From Camelus dromedarius (lineage: Eukaryota): DNA of 64,000 nt. The notes under the pieces are model-generated. The model was not told the origin of the DNA and did no database searches. It was given only the letters and a program-made list of their open reading frames with translations. The stretch is from contig NC_087436.1 in NCBI RefSeq assembly GCF_036321535.1, forward strand, positions 78,804,001-78,868,000, written 5' to 3'. This document shows positions 12,307 through 24,110 of this stretch, piece by piece; position 1 is the first letter of the stretch, and every line of letters starts with the position of its first letter. The position numbers and the translations under genes are program-made.

Positions 12307-13064
12307 TCATCCTCATTTTAAAATGAGGATGGAAATGCACAGAAGGGACAGGTAACTCACCCAAGACCATACTGCGAGTAATAAAAACATCACTGAAGGC
12401 TTGTGTCCTGCTAAGCACTGCTGCAAACACTATGCACCAACTCATCCAACAACCTCCAGCGGACGTAAGTGCTACTATTCTCCCCGTTTACAGATGAGGA
12501 CATGTGGTGTGGAGAAGCCAGGTAACGTGCCCAGAAAGTGAGTGGAGGAACCAAGACTCGACCAAACCTGTTGGATTCCAGAGGCCATGCTCTTAAACCA
12601 TGAGACGTCAAGGTCCTGTTTCTTCCCATCCCTCAGTTTGAAGGCCTTTTTCTTTTGACAGTCAGCCAAATGATCATTCATCTGAGGCTAGAGCAGCCAG
12701 GGCAGTTTGAGAGAGACACAAACTGCTACTCCTCCTTTAGGGACATTTCCATGGTAAAAATAAATGGCTACTAATCACCTACTTTGTGCCAGGCTCCGTG
12801 CTAAGCAGTTTACATACAGTATCTCACTTAATCCTTGTAATACTCATATGAAGCAGGCATACGAGTTCCCGTTTCACAGATAAGAAAACTGTAGATTAGA
12901 GACAGTAAGTGACTTGTCCAAGAGCCAGGATTCTAACGCCAAAGCCCAAGTTTATTCCAGTCCACTCCACTCCACTGCCTCTCTTCACAGGGTCCACAAA
13001 ACCCCTGAGAAGCCAAGAAGATCTGAGCTGCCACTCCCCCCAGTGGCTGCCACCCCCGACTCAC

Positions 13065-13297
13065 CAATGGCGCCCAGGGTGACGAGCGGGTTCTGCCGAG
13101 GGCTGATGTGCTTGTCATAGGGCCGGTTTCCGTACATGTGGGCGGCACTGTTGACCAGCCAGGTGACGTTGAGTGAGATGGTGTAGCGGAGGATGGAGGC
13201 CAGGAAGTAGGAATTCCACAGACTCTCTCCCCAGATGTACCAGGGCACCAGCGTGGGGACCACGAAGCACATGAGCACCACGGTGATCTTGTAGTAC
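13065..13297 (-). CDS. SCD5: SCD5 coding exon 4 (233 nt)
   Basis: ttccag|G TAC TAC AAG...GCC ATT G|gtgagt. Translates YYKITVVLMCFVVPTLVPWYIWGESLWNSYFLASILRYTISLNVTWLVNSAAHMYGNRPYDKHISPRQNPLVTLGAI (ORF 12985..13281). Phase 2 to phase 1. Confidence 0.97.
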
Positions 13298-13867
13298 CTG
13301 GAAGGCAGGATGTCAAGCTGTCACTGGGCACCTGTTGATGGTGGCGGGGATGGGTGGGCAAGCTACAGGGAAAGCCAGGAATGGTGCCAGTCAACTCCTT
13401 CAACTCTTGTACCCTGTCACAAACCCGTACACCTGCAAGAGCTAGACAGGTAACACAAATTGCAGAATTAGGACAGGTAGAAAGCTGTAGGAAGTTGTGA
13501 GACCTGCAGCATGCTTCAGGGAAATTTCAATATAAAATAATCAGTAGTGTGCTGGTGAAACCCGTGCATCTTAGAGCCACATTTGTCCTACAAGCCACAG
13601 TTTGATAGCTCCTAGCTATTCCTTCCATCAGTCCGTCAACCTGACAATCAGGTTTTTTGTAATAATTTCAAGAAATATCCAGTATTTCTTGAATAATTTT
13701 CAGGCACGTGATTCTGGACTAACTTAGCTTGCTAAAAAGGTAAACGACCCCTTCCCTAAAATGTTCTCTGTCCATCCGAGATTACATTCCAAATCAGCAT
13801 AAAAATAAACAATAAGTGTAGGAACAGGCACAGCCACATAAAAAGGCATCATTAAGAAGAAGCCATC

Positions 13868-14080
13868 AGGGGGCGGAGGGATGTATTAGGATTTTGGGGT
13901 TTGCAGATACTAACTACCATGCGTAAACTAGATGAACAACAAGGTCTTACTGTCCAGCACAGGGAACTATATTCAATATATATATGTGTGTATAGTGGAA
14001 TCACCATGCTGTACACCAGATATTAACACAACATTGTAAACCGACTATGCTTCAATTAAAAAATAATAAAATTTTAAAAA
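13868..14080 (+). mobile_element. L1 3' end
   Basis: AACAACAAGGTCTTACTGTCCAGCACAGGGAACTATATTCAAT...ACAACATTGTAAACCGACTAT followed by an A-tail. Confidence 0.85.
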
Positions 14081-14524
14081 TAGCAAATTTTCCAAATTCA
14101 GTTCCCATAACAAAAATAAATAAATAGATAAAAATAAAAAGAAATAGCTTGGTTTCTAGACCCATGTATCCAGTGAATGGGAGTGCTCATGATACAAAGA
14201 CAAATTTGACCGTGTTGCAGGCTCTGGCAGGTGGAACCACTGTTCGCCACCCTCTGGCTGTGCAGGACCAGCTGTAAGCAGGGACAAGCAAGGGGCTGTG
14301 AAATGACAATGTCCGAAGCTGCCTGTGCATCGCTGTTTCCTCCTTGGTCTCCCGTCAGCTGACCGAGCTCCCGGGAGGCCTCTGTGAAGATGCACACGTA
14401 GAAGCCAGGAGGTGGCACCGCGTGAGGAAACAAGATTCGGGAGGTGGGAGACTCTGACTTGAGTCCAGATCTTCTTCTGGATGCAGAACAAGCCTCTTTT
14501 GTTCTTTCACGCTCCTTTTGTGCA

Positions 14525-15000
14525 TGGTTAGAAGGTTCCCCGGAGCAGAGCACACTGCCAGGGCTTGTATGTAGGTAGTTGATTTGGGGACGTGAGCTCG
14601 AGTAACAGGTGGGAACAACCAGGAAGAAGGAAACAGAGGGAAACCCCACTGCTGCAGGCAGCTGGACGTGGGCCTTGATGAGACGCTGCATCCCTCAGAA
14701 TTATTCTCTCCAGGAGTGAAAGGAAGGACCGTTTTTCCATTGGCGCCAACGTGCCCTTACAAGGGATGCATGTGGGCTATCCCTCACACTTCCAAGTTTG
14801 CCTGGATCAGAGTGGCTGAGTGTGGTCCACAGGCTTCCCAGGTGATGGTGGCAAAGAAGCCAGGGCAGGAAGTAAGAAAAAAGCAGTAAACCTGAGCAAG
14901 GTGCCGTTGGGTTACACCTGTTCCAGCAGGTGGCTGCAGCAACAGCTGGAGTGAAAAGGTGGGCCAGGAAGGTGAGGCGGGCACGAGAGGTGTCCAACAC
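14525..15000. mobile_element. Ancient ERVL LTR (LTR16/LTR33-like)
   Basis: GGTTCCCCGGAGCAGAGC...GTAGGTAGTTGATTTGGGGA motif typical of reverse-strand LTR16/33-type elements. Confidence 0.45.
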
Positions 15001-17080
15001 AGGTAGTAGTTACAATACTTCATGCAGCTCTTGGGAGGATCAGATGCTGATAACTAACTGTATACAAGGCTATTCCACATACTGACTCATTTAATTCTAA
15101 CAACTCTGGAAGGAAGGGATCATTACCATCCCCATTTTACAGATGGGGAAATTGAGCCACAGAAATGTTATGTAGCTGGCCAAGGTCACAAGACTAATAA
15201 GTAATAGGACCAAGATTCAAATCCTGGCAGAATCATGTCAGACGATATTAGGCTCTTCTGTTTTCAATAAAACCATGTATGTGTGTTCTGCACACTGCTA
15301 CCTGAACTTATGTGTCGGTTCCCATATAACTTAGAGCCATTTTTATTAGGCAACATGTTAACCCATCAGCACCCATTTTCCAGTCATTAGCAATATAAGA
15401 TGACTGCATTTTAGTGGAAAGAGGGTGCCTGGGAGGTCAGACGAGTGGGCTGTGGTTGGAGGGGCAAAGACAACAGACAATGAGGGGCTGGTGGGCTGAG
15501 GCTGGGCTCCCCAGAGTCCTGTGCAAAAGGCTTTTGGAGCGTGCTCTTAAGAGATGCTTGGAAGGGAGGGAGAGAGGGAGGCAGGATCGGCCATGGGAGA
15601 AGCTTACCCACAGTGAACTTCTGCAGGTCCAGTGGGGCTGGATGACCCTGCAGAGTTGCCCCCAACTGAAAGGCATCCCCGCATCATCCAGCCATTGGCC
15701 CCAGGGGGCCCCTGGGTGAGGTGAACCCTTGGGCGGGGCAGTTCCTTGATGACAAGGGCAACCCCCGGAAAGGAGAGCAGCTAAGGGTGGGAGCATCAGC
15801 TGAATGGGGGGATGTGAAGAGCCCAGGGTCTGCTGTGGCTGCTCCTCGTGTGTACCTCTGGAGGAAAGGAAGCAGCTGAACGCTGCCCACAGAGGCGTTC
15901 TACAACGTAACATGTAAGATGCTCCTTCCTTTCCTCCCCTCTCTGGGTTACAATCCGGTACCTTTGGAAAGAGCCTCTCCTAGTGCTGTTCTGAGCCACT
16001 GTCTGGGCCCCTAATTTTGCCCTTGGAAAGGAGACAAAACACATGGATTGGGGGCCAGTTCTGTGCTGGCCGCTGGGCTAAGTCTAGCACAGATTCGAGT
16101 TGGACACACTCTGGCCATGAGGACCCCGTGGCTCAGAGGGGCGGTGGTTCTCCCTCGGTGGGCCACGCCCTTGCTCTCTTTGCTCTGCCTCGACCCTGTA
16201 GAATCTGCCTCCTCTGGTTTGACTGCTGCCTGCTGGACTCACCTTCCAGCACGCCCTGCTCCTGCCTCCCCGCTCTGAACTCTTCAGGGAAGCCACCTGC
16301 CTGCCTGGACTCCCGTTCCAAGAGCTACACTTCCTGGACGGGGCTGGGACCCTGTGGAGGGAGAGCACCCGCCATGTGGCTTCCCAAGTGGGAGGAGAAA
16401 AAAGGCCTGGCTTCACCTCCTAGCACAACCACCATCCCGCCAACTTTCCTCCTCCTCAGAAAAAGATGCTCTTTAAAAATCACTGCCCTCCTTCCAACAA
16501 AGCTTCAGCAGATCTAACCATAGGGCTGTGCTCTGACTCTGCTCTTCCTGTATTCTGCTAGGATTCCTCTTTGTGCATTTAGTGGAACCGATGAAAGACG
16601 AAGGAATTTTTAGGGGGCACAGTGAGTCTAGGTGGGATTGCCGGTGAGACGGGGCTTGATGCTGTAAAATCATTTCAAACAGACTCAGCATATCTTCCCA
16701 TGCAGCCGAGTACCCCTTCCTCCTGGGCCTCACGGAATTACAGTCACTGGCCTTCTTGTCTCAGAGCAAGTGCTGAGATGGTTCGCAGCTTCCTTGCTTA
16801 ATAATGGACACTCAAATCTGAATGCCCCAGCCAGGGCTCCACAGGGCAACTCCACGAAGCCTCCAGCCCCTGATCCTTCCTCTGTGAAAGATATTCTTTC
16901 TTTGGCTGGTGGTAGGGAGGAAGGCCGAACAGGGGCCACTGATACTGCTCTTTTCACTAAGTGGGCTTTTTGTGTTGTAAAGCATCATAGAACAGTTAAC
17001 TACCCAGCTCTGCCACTTTCTTGCTGTGTGAACTTAATTATTTAATCACACATGTTTCTCTTCTGTAAAATGCAATCCTA

Positions 17081-18170
17081 ACAAATTTACTGAGTGCCTG
17101 CTATATGCCAGGTACCGTCCTAGCACTGAAGATTAAAGTGAACAAAAGAGACAGACAGGAATCCCTGCCCTTGGAGAACAAGGGTATATTGGTAGGGAGA
17201 TTTTATAAATATCAATATATTACATACACCTATTTTTATACATATGTATGTATATTCTGGTAGGGAAGAAAACAATATAAATAAAATATAGAGCATGCTA
17301 GGGGCAAATACTATGGGAAAGAATCAAGCAAAGAAGGAGAATGTGACCTCAAGGGCAGATGCTGACATTTCAGACAAGAAGTCAAGGGAAGGATTTTCTG
17401 ACATGATAGCTTTTGAGTAAAGACTTGAAGGAAGTGAGAAGTTAGCCATATGGCTAAATAAGGAAGAGGATTCCAGGCAGAGGAAACCACAAGCACAAGG
17501 GCCCTGAGGCAGGAGCGTTCTTGGCATGTTCAGGGAAGAGCAGGCGAGTAGGGGCTGAAACAGATGAACAAAGGGGAGAACTGCAGGAGAGAAGAGAACA
17601 ATGGTGGACCAGGTCATGGAAGGTCTTGCAGGTCGTCATAAGGGTTTCATCCTCTGCTCTGAGTGAGATGGAGCTGGAGCAGGTTTTGATCAAAGTAGTG
17701 GTGTGACCTGACTTATTATCTTAGCAGGATCACTCTGAGTGCGGTGTTGAGAATGGACTGCCGGGGAGTACAGAACAAGGAGGGTAGTTAGGAGGCTGTC
17801 ACAAAGCCTCGGCAAGAGAGGGCGTTGGCTTGAGCCAGGATAGTGGGGCCGGGTGTGAGAAACAGTCAAATTCTGGATATATTTTGAAAGTAGAGTGACA
17901 GGACTTGTTAATGGACAGGATGTTGGAGAGAAAGGGGTCAAGGATGACACCAACGATGGAGATGCCATTAGCTGATATGGGGAAGAACGGAGGGGAGCCA
18001 CTTTCAAACAGCATATGAGGAGCTCAGTCTTGGACATACCAAATAGGAGATGCCCATTAGACATTCAAGGGGAGATGTCAAACAGGCAGCTCCACAGACA
18101 CGTCTGGAGTTCCGAGGTGCTCTAGAGAGATGTTTTGATGGAAGTAGAAATTTGGAGCACATCAGCGTAT
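17081..18170 (-). mobile_element. L2 LINE fragment
   Basis: CAAATTTACTGAGTGCCTGCTATATGCCAGG (L2 3' end, reversed) followed by purine-rich L2 body motifs. Confidence 0.8.
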
Positions 18171-18777
18171 TAATGCATGCTACTTACATACATATATTTT
18201 CTAATTTGAGTTCCACATTAGCTTTATGAGATACTTTTCATAACCTTACCACCATAAGACATTTACAGAGGTCCAGAGGGGTCGTGGAATTTCTCCAAGG
18301 CCCACTGGTTATAAAGAGAATAGGCAGGCTTAAACTCAGTTCTTAAACTCAAGTCTCTGCTCCTTCTGTGCATAACCTGCAACTAACTCAACTTACCAAG
18401 AGCAGGTCACAGGGGAGAGGTAAACCGGGTTGGAGTGTGTAATCTAGCCATTGCCCCCATGATTTGCACATATTTGAGTAAAAGTACTGTCTCCTCAAGC
18501 TCAGAAATAAACACTTCGTACACTCAAGCTAGCCTGGACTTCTTCCCTTTCCTTGGGCACCACCTTCTCTCTGGCCCCCGTGTCTATGACCCTTTTTCCC
18601 CTGCCTGGCTGACTTGACTTTTCCAAGTATCAGTCTAAGCGTCTCTCCTTCTTGGGGGATTTCCTTCATCCCCTTGGACCAGATATGGTGTCCAGCACAC
18701 TGATCCAGAAGCATATTATACTTCTCAGCTCTCAGCACTCACATCGCTGGCCTAGAGGGCAGTCTCACCTGCTAGAT

Positions 18778-19060
18778 CAGTGGTCTCAACCTTAACTGCA
18801 CGTTACAATCAGTTGGGCAAACATTTTAATGTGACTGATGTTGGAAAACCACTGCAGAACAACTGAATCCAACTGAATCCAACTGAATCAGAATTTCTGG
18901 TCTGGCACTGATATTTTTAAAGCCTCTCCTTCTCGCCTTGCTCAGTCCTATTTCTGTCCCTTCTTCCACAGATGTTGACCCCCCCAATGACCCTCTCCAG
19001 TAAACTCTCTACAATGTAATGTCCATTCCAGTGGCAGCTTCAGGGTAACCTGTCTCGCCA
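18778..19060. mobile_element. MER5-like DNA transposon plus LTR16-like fragment
   Basis: CAGTGGTCTCAACCTTAACTGCACGTTACAATCA...ACTGAATCAGAATTTCTGG, including a 3x10-bp AACTGAATCC tandem; an LTR 3' fragment follows. Confidence 0.55.
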
Positions 19061-21549
19061 CGTGGATATACTGCTGGGCCTGCAGGGTCCAGTGGAAAGC
19101 CAGAGGCTTGCATACAGCAGGCACTGTGAAATATTTCTGCAACGATTCAGTGAATGGTATTCGGGTTAATAAGCGATGAGTTCTCAGCTTCTCAGGTAAA
19201 TAAAAACGCTACAGTGACTTGAGTAGGGCACTGAGTATGAGAGCTAAAATGCCCAGGTTTCCAGCAAACGACACAAACAGCACAATAAATGTTCAGCCTG
19301 CTTTCAGGTTCTCCAGGATATCTCTTGGGTTGGTGCCAGCGCAGGACTGTGTAAATAGAGCCAACAACCCAGTGAAAGAAATCCGTGCTCCTCGGAACCC
19401 AAACCCCAGCTTCCAGCAGGTTTCCCCGGGAGGCTTCTTCCCACTAGCTTAAATGAATGATTTCTGAGCATGAGCTTCTAGGTCATCCTTTGAGCTGCCA
19501 AATATGGTAAATTTTGACAGTATTTACGATGAACAGCCAGTCTAACAGGTTTGGTCTGGGTGTGAAATATGAGTGGCTTCCTCTCTCTTTCTTTAACTCA
19601 GATGGGAGTTATCTGATAGGAAAAGATAGGAGAAGCTTCCTAAAATCATCAAAGGAGAAAGAAAGGAGAAAGGGGTAAAGATTAGAGAGGGGGTGGTATG
19701 AACCCAAGGACGACCCAAGGAAGAGCTGCCCTCTTTTACAGATTTGAAACCAGAGACCCACATATTTGAGCCAAAACCACAAAAGCCAAAGCACCCAAGC
19801 TCACCTTACAGGAAACTCTGGAGCAGCTTCCTAGAGCTTTAAAGTGACAGCGTATCAGAACAGACCCACAACGGATGCTAGGAACCTTCCAATTCCCATG
19901 TCACAATTCCTCCTGACACTGATACCACAGTGGGACGATGGTTTTCCACATCTGGCTTAAGATAAGAAGTCCAGTTTCACACTATCAAATGGCATCACGC
20001 CACAATGCCCCCATCCAAGTACGCTTTGGTTAGAGGACACAAATACTGCCTTTCAACGCGTTGAAGACTATCCTTATTCCAAAACACTGGATCACGATAA
20101 AGCCTTGACACCAAAAGTTTGTTCTATGTGGAAGAAAGGATTGGGGATTTCTTTCTTTCTTTTTTTTTTTTCAAACCTGGGTGTGATAAGCATCTTAAAA
20201 GTCTCATTTTTCCTTAGACGAAAAGGAAATTGCTATTCTCTGTCTGCGAGCATTTCCTGTTGCTTGACTAACCTGAAGCTCAGCAGTCCAGAGCCATGGT
20301 GTGTAAGACCTCGGGAGTGAAATCTGTTGGAGCATGAAGGAAAGGGAAATGAGCTGCCAACTTCCAAGCAGGGCCAGCCCGAGGAGATGTGCCAAGAAGC
20401 AAACACAATGGGTGAGAGAGAAATTATAGCCCACAAATGTATCGTAATGAGGAGCGATGAGCTGTCACTGGCATCTTGATTAAACATGTTTGGTTTTGTG
20501 ATTTCACTTACAGCCTAGCCAGAAATTCATCTTCCCTACAATTTTTGCATCTTGTAAGGGACCGAGAAAATCATCTGGGCGCTTACCACAGACATTTGTT
20601 TGGAGGACAGATGATACGCCCAGGCAGTTTGTCAATGCAGGGAACGTTCTCTCCTTCTTCCTTCATCCCCTTGGATTTCGCCCTACTAGGAGGTGGTATC
20701 TGTGATTCATTTGGATGCACATCTGAAGATGGAAGCCCACTGATGGGGTAGCTTTTTGGAATTTTTTAGAAAATCTTCCAGACTCTCTGAATTGTTTAAG
20801 TTGAAAATGGGCTTCGCCGCTGTGCCCTTGGTTCTGCCCCTCCAGTGCCTCAGTGTCTGTAAGTGATAGTGTTCATGACTGCTGCATTTGAAGTATTTTC
20901 TGAAAATCTTAATCACTTCAGATTTGCCTTTGACCCTCAAATGTCTTGACATCACTTCCCGTGCGCTACTTCATGATAAGCATTCCCGTAGAAGGAAATC
21001 GTTAATTAGACTATCTAGATGCATAATCCTCATCTTCTGGATAATTCCTTCCACAGAGGAACCGGAGATGTCAAACTGCTGCTCTGGAAAAGCACCTCCT
21101 TTGGAAACTTGCAATGCCACGGGGAAAAAGCCATTTTTATTGTCTCTCCAACTTCAGCTTTATTTACTTTTGAGGTCTGAATGTGGAGGTTAGTTGCATC
21201 CATCTACTTGAATTGAATTTGTCTTTGTGCAAACAGCTTGCATTAATTCACTAAGCAGCAGTTCAAAAGATAAATACAACCATTTTGGAATTTCAACACA
21301 AAACAGTGTTATTCCTACCTCATTAACGATGAAGTGCTTAAAGAAAAATGCTTGGGCATATTGATTCCTAAGACTACGTAAGGAAGGTTAAAAGGACTTT
21401 TTCCTTTTTCAAAGCTTTGATTCCATCCTAATTAGCACAGGGCAAGGTCTTTGAGAGCAGGATTTGTCTTGATCTAATTCACATCATTCACAGTTCCTTG
21501 AACACAAAATGCTGGTTAGCACAGCAGGTGCCCAGTGAGTAGCTGAACT

Positions 21550-22150
21550 GTTGACTCGCACTGAAGGATGTGACGATGAGCACCCCTCCGTCTTTCGCAA
21601 AAGTAATTAGGTCAGTTCACCCTGGTCGTTGTTTGATGTTTAGAGCTTCTCTAGTCTTCTCGAAAGATCTCGGTTGATTAGACAGGATGTCATTCGGGGT
21701 CTCTCTCGAGGATTCTTTGTCTCTATCCTTCCTCCCGCCCAGTCCTCTCCCTCTCTTCCTGATTGGTTATTAGTTGTTCCCAGTAAGTTAGTGGAACAAC
21801 AGACTAACTCCTGATGGTATGCAGAATGGGACGACCAAAATGAACAGTTGGAATCATTTACAGCATAATCTTGTCAACGAAGTTACTGCACGTCCACTTT
21901 CTTGCACCTTTAAAACTGCGTTCCACATTCCCTCTTGCGATCCGAGATCAGCTGAGCATCCCAGGAGAAAACATAACCACTTTTCCTAGTCTGGGACCCG
22001 TGAAATCGTACGCAAACTCTTTCATTTATGCCCATTTTCCTGGGGCTTCAAAGTCCTTGGTTTTCATTAAATTCTCAGACGTTCAATTCCCAAAGGAATG
22101 AAAGCCCAGCACATTATCAAGGTAACGACTTTTTTTCTTCGATGTTGTCG
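21550..22150. promoter_or_regulatory. CpG-undepleted patch with CCAAT box and GC box (candidate intronic promoter)
   Basis: About 23 CpG counted by eye in 600 bp of moderate GC. Minus-strand AACCAATCAG at about 21759-21768 and GGGCGGGAGG at about 21731-21740. Confidence 0.4.
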
Positions 22151-22299
22151 ATTTTGTTTACCTTTGATTTTCTTTGTTTGCTTTAGGATCTGGCTTAAGA
22201 TTTAAGAAAAATTTAATTTAGTTTAAAGAGTGTTCCTTTAAAATGAGACTGTCCTCCCAACTTCTCAAGTTTTTTGTTAAAAAATCTTTTTTTCTTTCT

Positions 22300-22427
22300 A
22301 ATTTTTGGCAGGGGGGGGGAAGTAATTAGGTTTAGTTATTTATTTATTTTAAATGGAGGTACTGGGGATTGAACCCAGGCCCCTGGGCATGCTAAGCACA
22401 CACTCTACCACTGAGCTTACCCCCCCC
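22300..22427 (-). mobile_element. tRNA-derived SINE (Vic-1-like)
   Basis: GGAGGTACTGGGGATTGAACCCAGG...CTCTACCACTGAGCT. Confidence 0.85.
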
Positions 22428-23180
22428 GACTTTTTTTTTTGGCATTAAAAATTTTTAAAGAATTACAGTAACAGTAGATAGCAGTGTGAGTGTGTGTGCG
22501 TGTGCGTGTGCGTGCATGTGCACTCACAAGTGGATCTTGTGCTGAAAGGACAGTCACCAACTGACAAAATACAACCCTCCCCTCTGACCCAAGGGAGCAA
22601 GTTTAACACCAAAACTCTATCAATGATGAGCTACTCACCAGCAGCCAGTCTCTGTGCAGGAAAGAAGCCAATGGAGTCATTTTGGCCATTTTCATGATCA
22701 ATATCAGCTGCTGAAGCCGAACTGATTAGGTCGGCTGACCGTTTTCCTTGTTGAGGGCAAAAATAAATAAGCTGACGTAACGTGGTTTCTTCGTTTCGAG
22801 TGTAAGAGGCACGGCCCTTGTGCGCAACACATGCTTTCTAGCCCATAGTTTCCATTCCTACATTCAAGCTGCATGGCCCTTCCAAAGCTCCCCAGGCCTT
22901 CAAAACTCAGCTCAGGACAGATTTCCTTCAGAAAGCCTACACTGAGAAACGTGCCTTTCATCTGTGCTTGCTGCATTTTTCAGCATCCCTTCAGTACAAC
23001 TGTGATGTGAAGACTCAAGAAGATAACCATCTTAGAGGGCTGCGTTTTCCTGCTAGCTGAGGGTACAATGTTCAATTACTCCAACTGTCTTTTAAAGGGT
23101 ATGTGGAAATCATTACCTATCTTTGTGCCTTCTAAATCAGCGTTTATGAAAGTCACTTGACCTTCCATGATGGTAATGAG

Positions 23181-23681
23181 TGTCTTAGCCTTGGTTTCTC
23201 AAAAGGCAGGGCTTCTGGCAAAAGCTTATATGCTGTTCTTTTATAAAGGGGGCTCAGTCCCAGGGAAACAGAATGTGTGGGGGCAGCTAAGTTGGGGGAG
23301 CTCATAGGACAGTGTGTTCCTGAATTGGCCCCTGCTTGATACCTCAGCCTGGTGGGTCCATCTTCCAAAAGGGCACATGGATGATGGAGCCTCAGAACAT
23401 CCCCTCTGAGAGGCGGAGAGGGAATAGTGCATCTACCAGCTCCTCCCTGCATTGCCCGCACCCCACCCCACCACACACAAACTTCTGGATTGTGAACATG
23501 GGTGTTGAGAGTGTCATGGGCTGTAGCACCAACAGAGACACGGGAAGGCAGGAGGCACATACAGTGCAGGCACTGTCGGGGGAACCTGCCCAACACCAGC
23601 TGGAGTGAAGAGAACTGCCAGAAGCCCCAGGACAGAGGAGGTCCAGACAGTCTGCAGTGGAGCCTAACAGGCATCCAGCAC
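23181..23681. mobile_element. Ancient ERVL LTR (LTR33-like)
   Basis: TGTCTTAGCCTTGGTTTCTCAAAAGGCAG...CAGCACA; similar to the 14525-15000 element. Confidence 0.45.
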
Positions 23682-23715
23682 AACGAGGGTGAGCTTTAGA
23701 AACACCAGTGTTTTT

Positions 23716-23939
23716 GAATGAACTTATTCATGACACAGAAACAGATTCACAGACATAGAAGACAAACTTACGGTTACCAAAGGGGAAAGAGGTTGAGGGA
23801 GAGATAAACTAGGAGTTTGGGATTAACAGCTGCAAGCAACCATATACAAAATAAATAAACAACAAGGTCCTACTGTGTAGCACAGGGAACTATATTCAAC
23901 ATCCTGTAATAAACCATAATGGAAAATAATACGAAAAAG

Positions 23940-24036
<97 letters not shown>

Positions 24037-24110
24037 TATAACTGAATCACTTTGCTGTACATCAGAAACTAACACAATATTGTAAATCAATAATACTTAA
24101 GTTAAAAAAA
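23716..24110 (+). mobile_element. L1 3' end with expanded (TA)n(CA)n tract
   Basis: L1 3'UTR motifs; TSD AGAAACAYCAGTGTTTT on both sides; microsatellite at 23941-24040. Confidence 0.9.

Larger units (their letters stand above)
16473..21203 (-). pseudogene. Putative decayed multi-exon NACHT/NLR-like gene nested in SCD5 intron 3
   Basis: Long minus-strand frames with sparse stops and frameshifts. Donors TG|GTAAGC (20587), AAG|GTGAGC (19805) and TTG|GTAAGT (18397); acceptor tcctttcttccacatag (20123). NACHT-, winged-helix- and HD2-like motifs appear in the expected order. By-eye resemblance only. Confidence 0.45.

Noticed and set aside
14098..14691. 197-aa minus-strand ORF, the longest in the window
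   Set aside because: Overlaps LTR-like sequence and ends beside an L1 tail; no recognisable protein features.
15400..16470. GC-rich stretch with many overlapping ORFs just after the NLR-like relic
   Set aside because: It might continue the relic, but no LRR or other motif could be recognised, so it is not claimed.
21871..22101. 76-aa plus-strand ORF in the CpG-rich patch, considered as a viral or mitochondrial insertion
   Set aside because: No recognisable viral or mitochondrial peptide in the frames examined and no TSD seen; a promoter interpretation is preferred pending BLAST.
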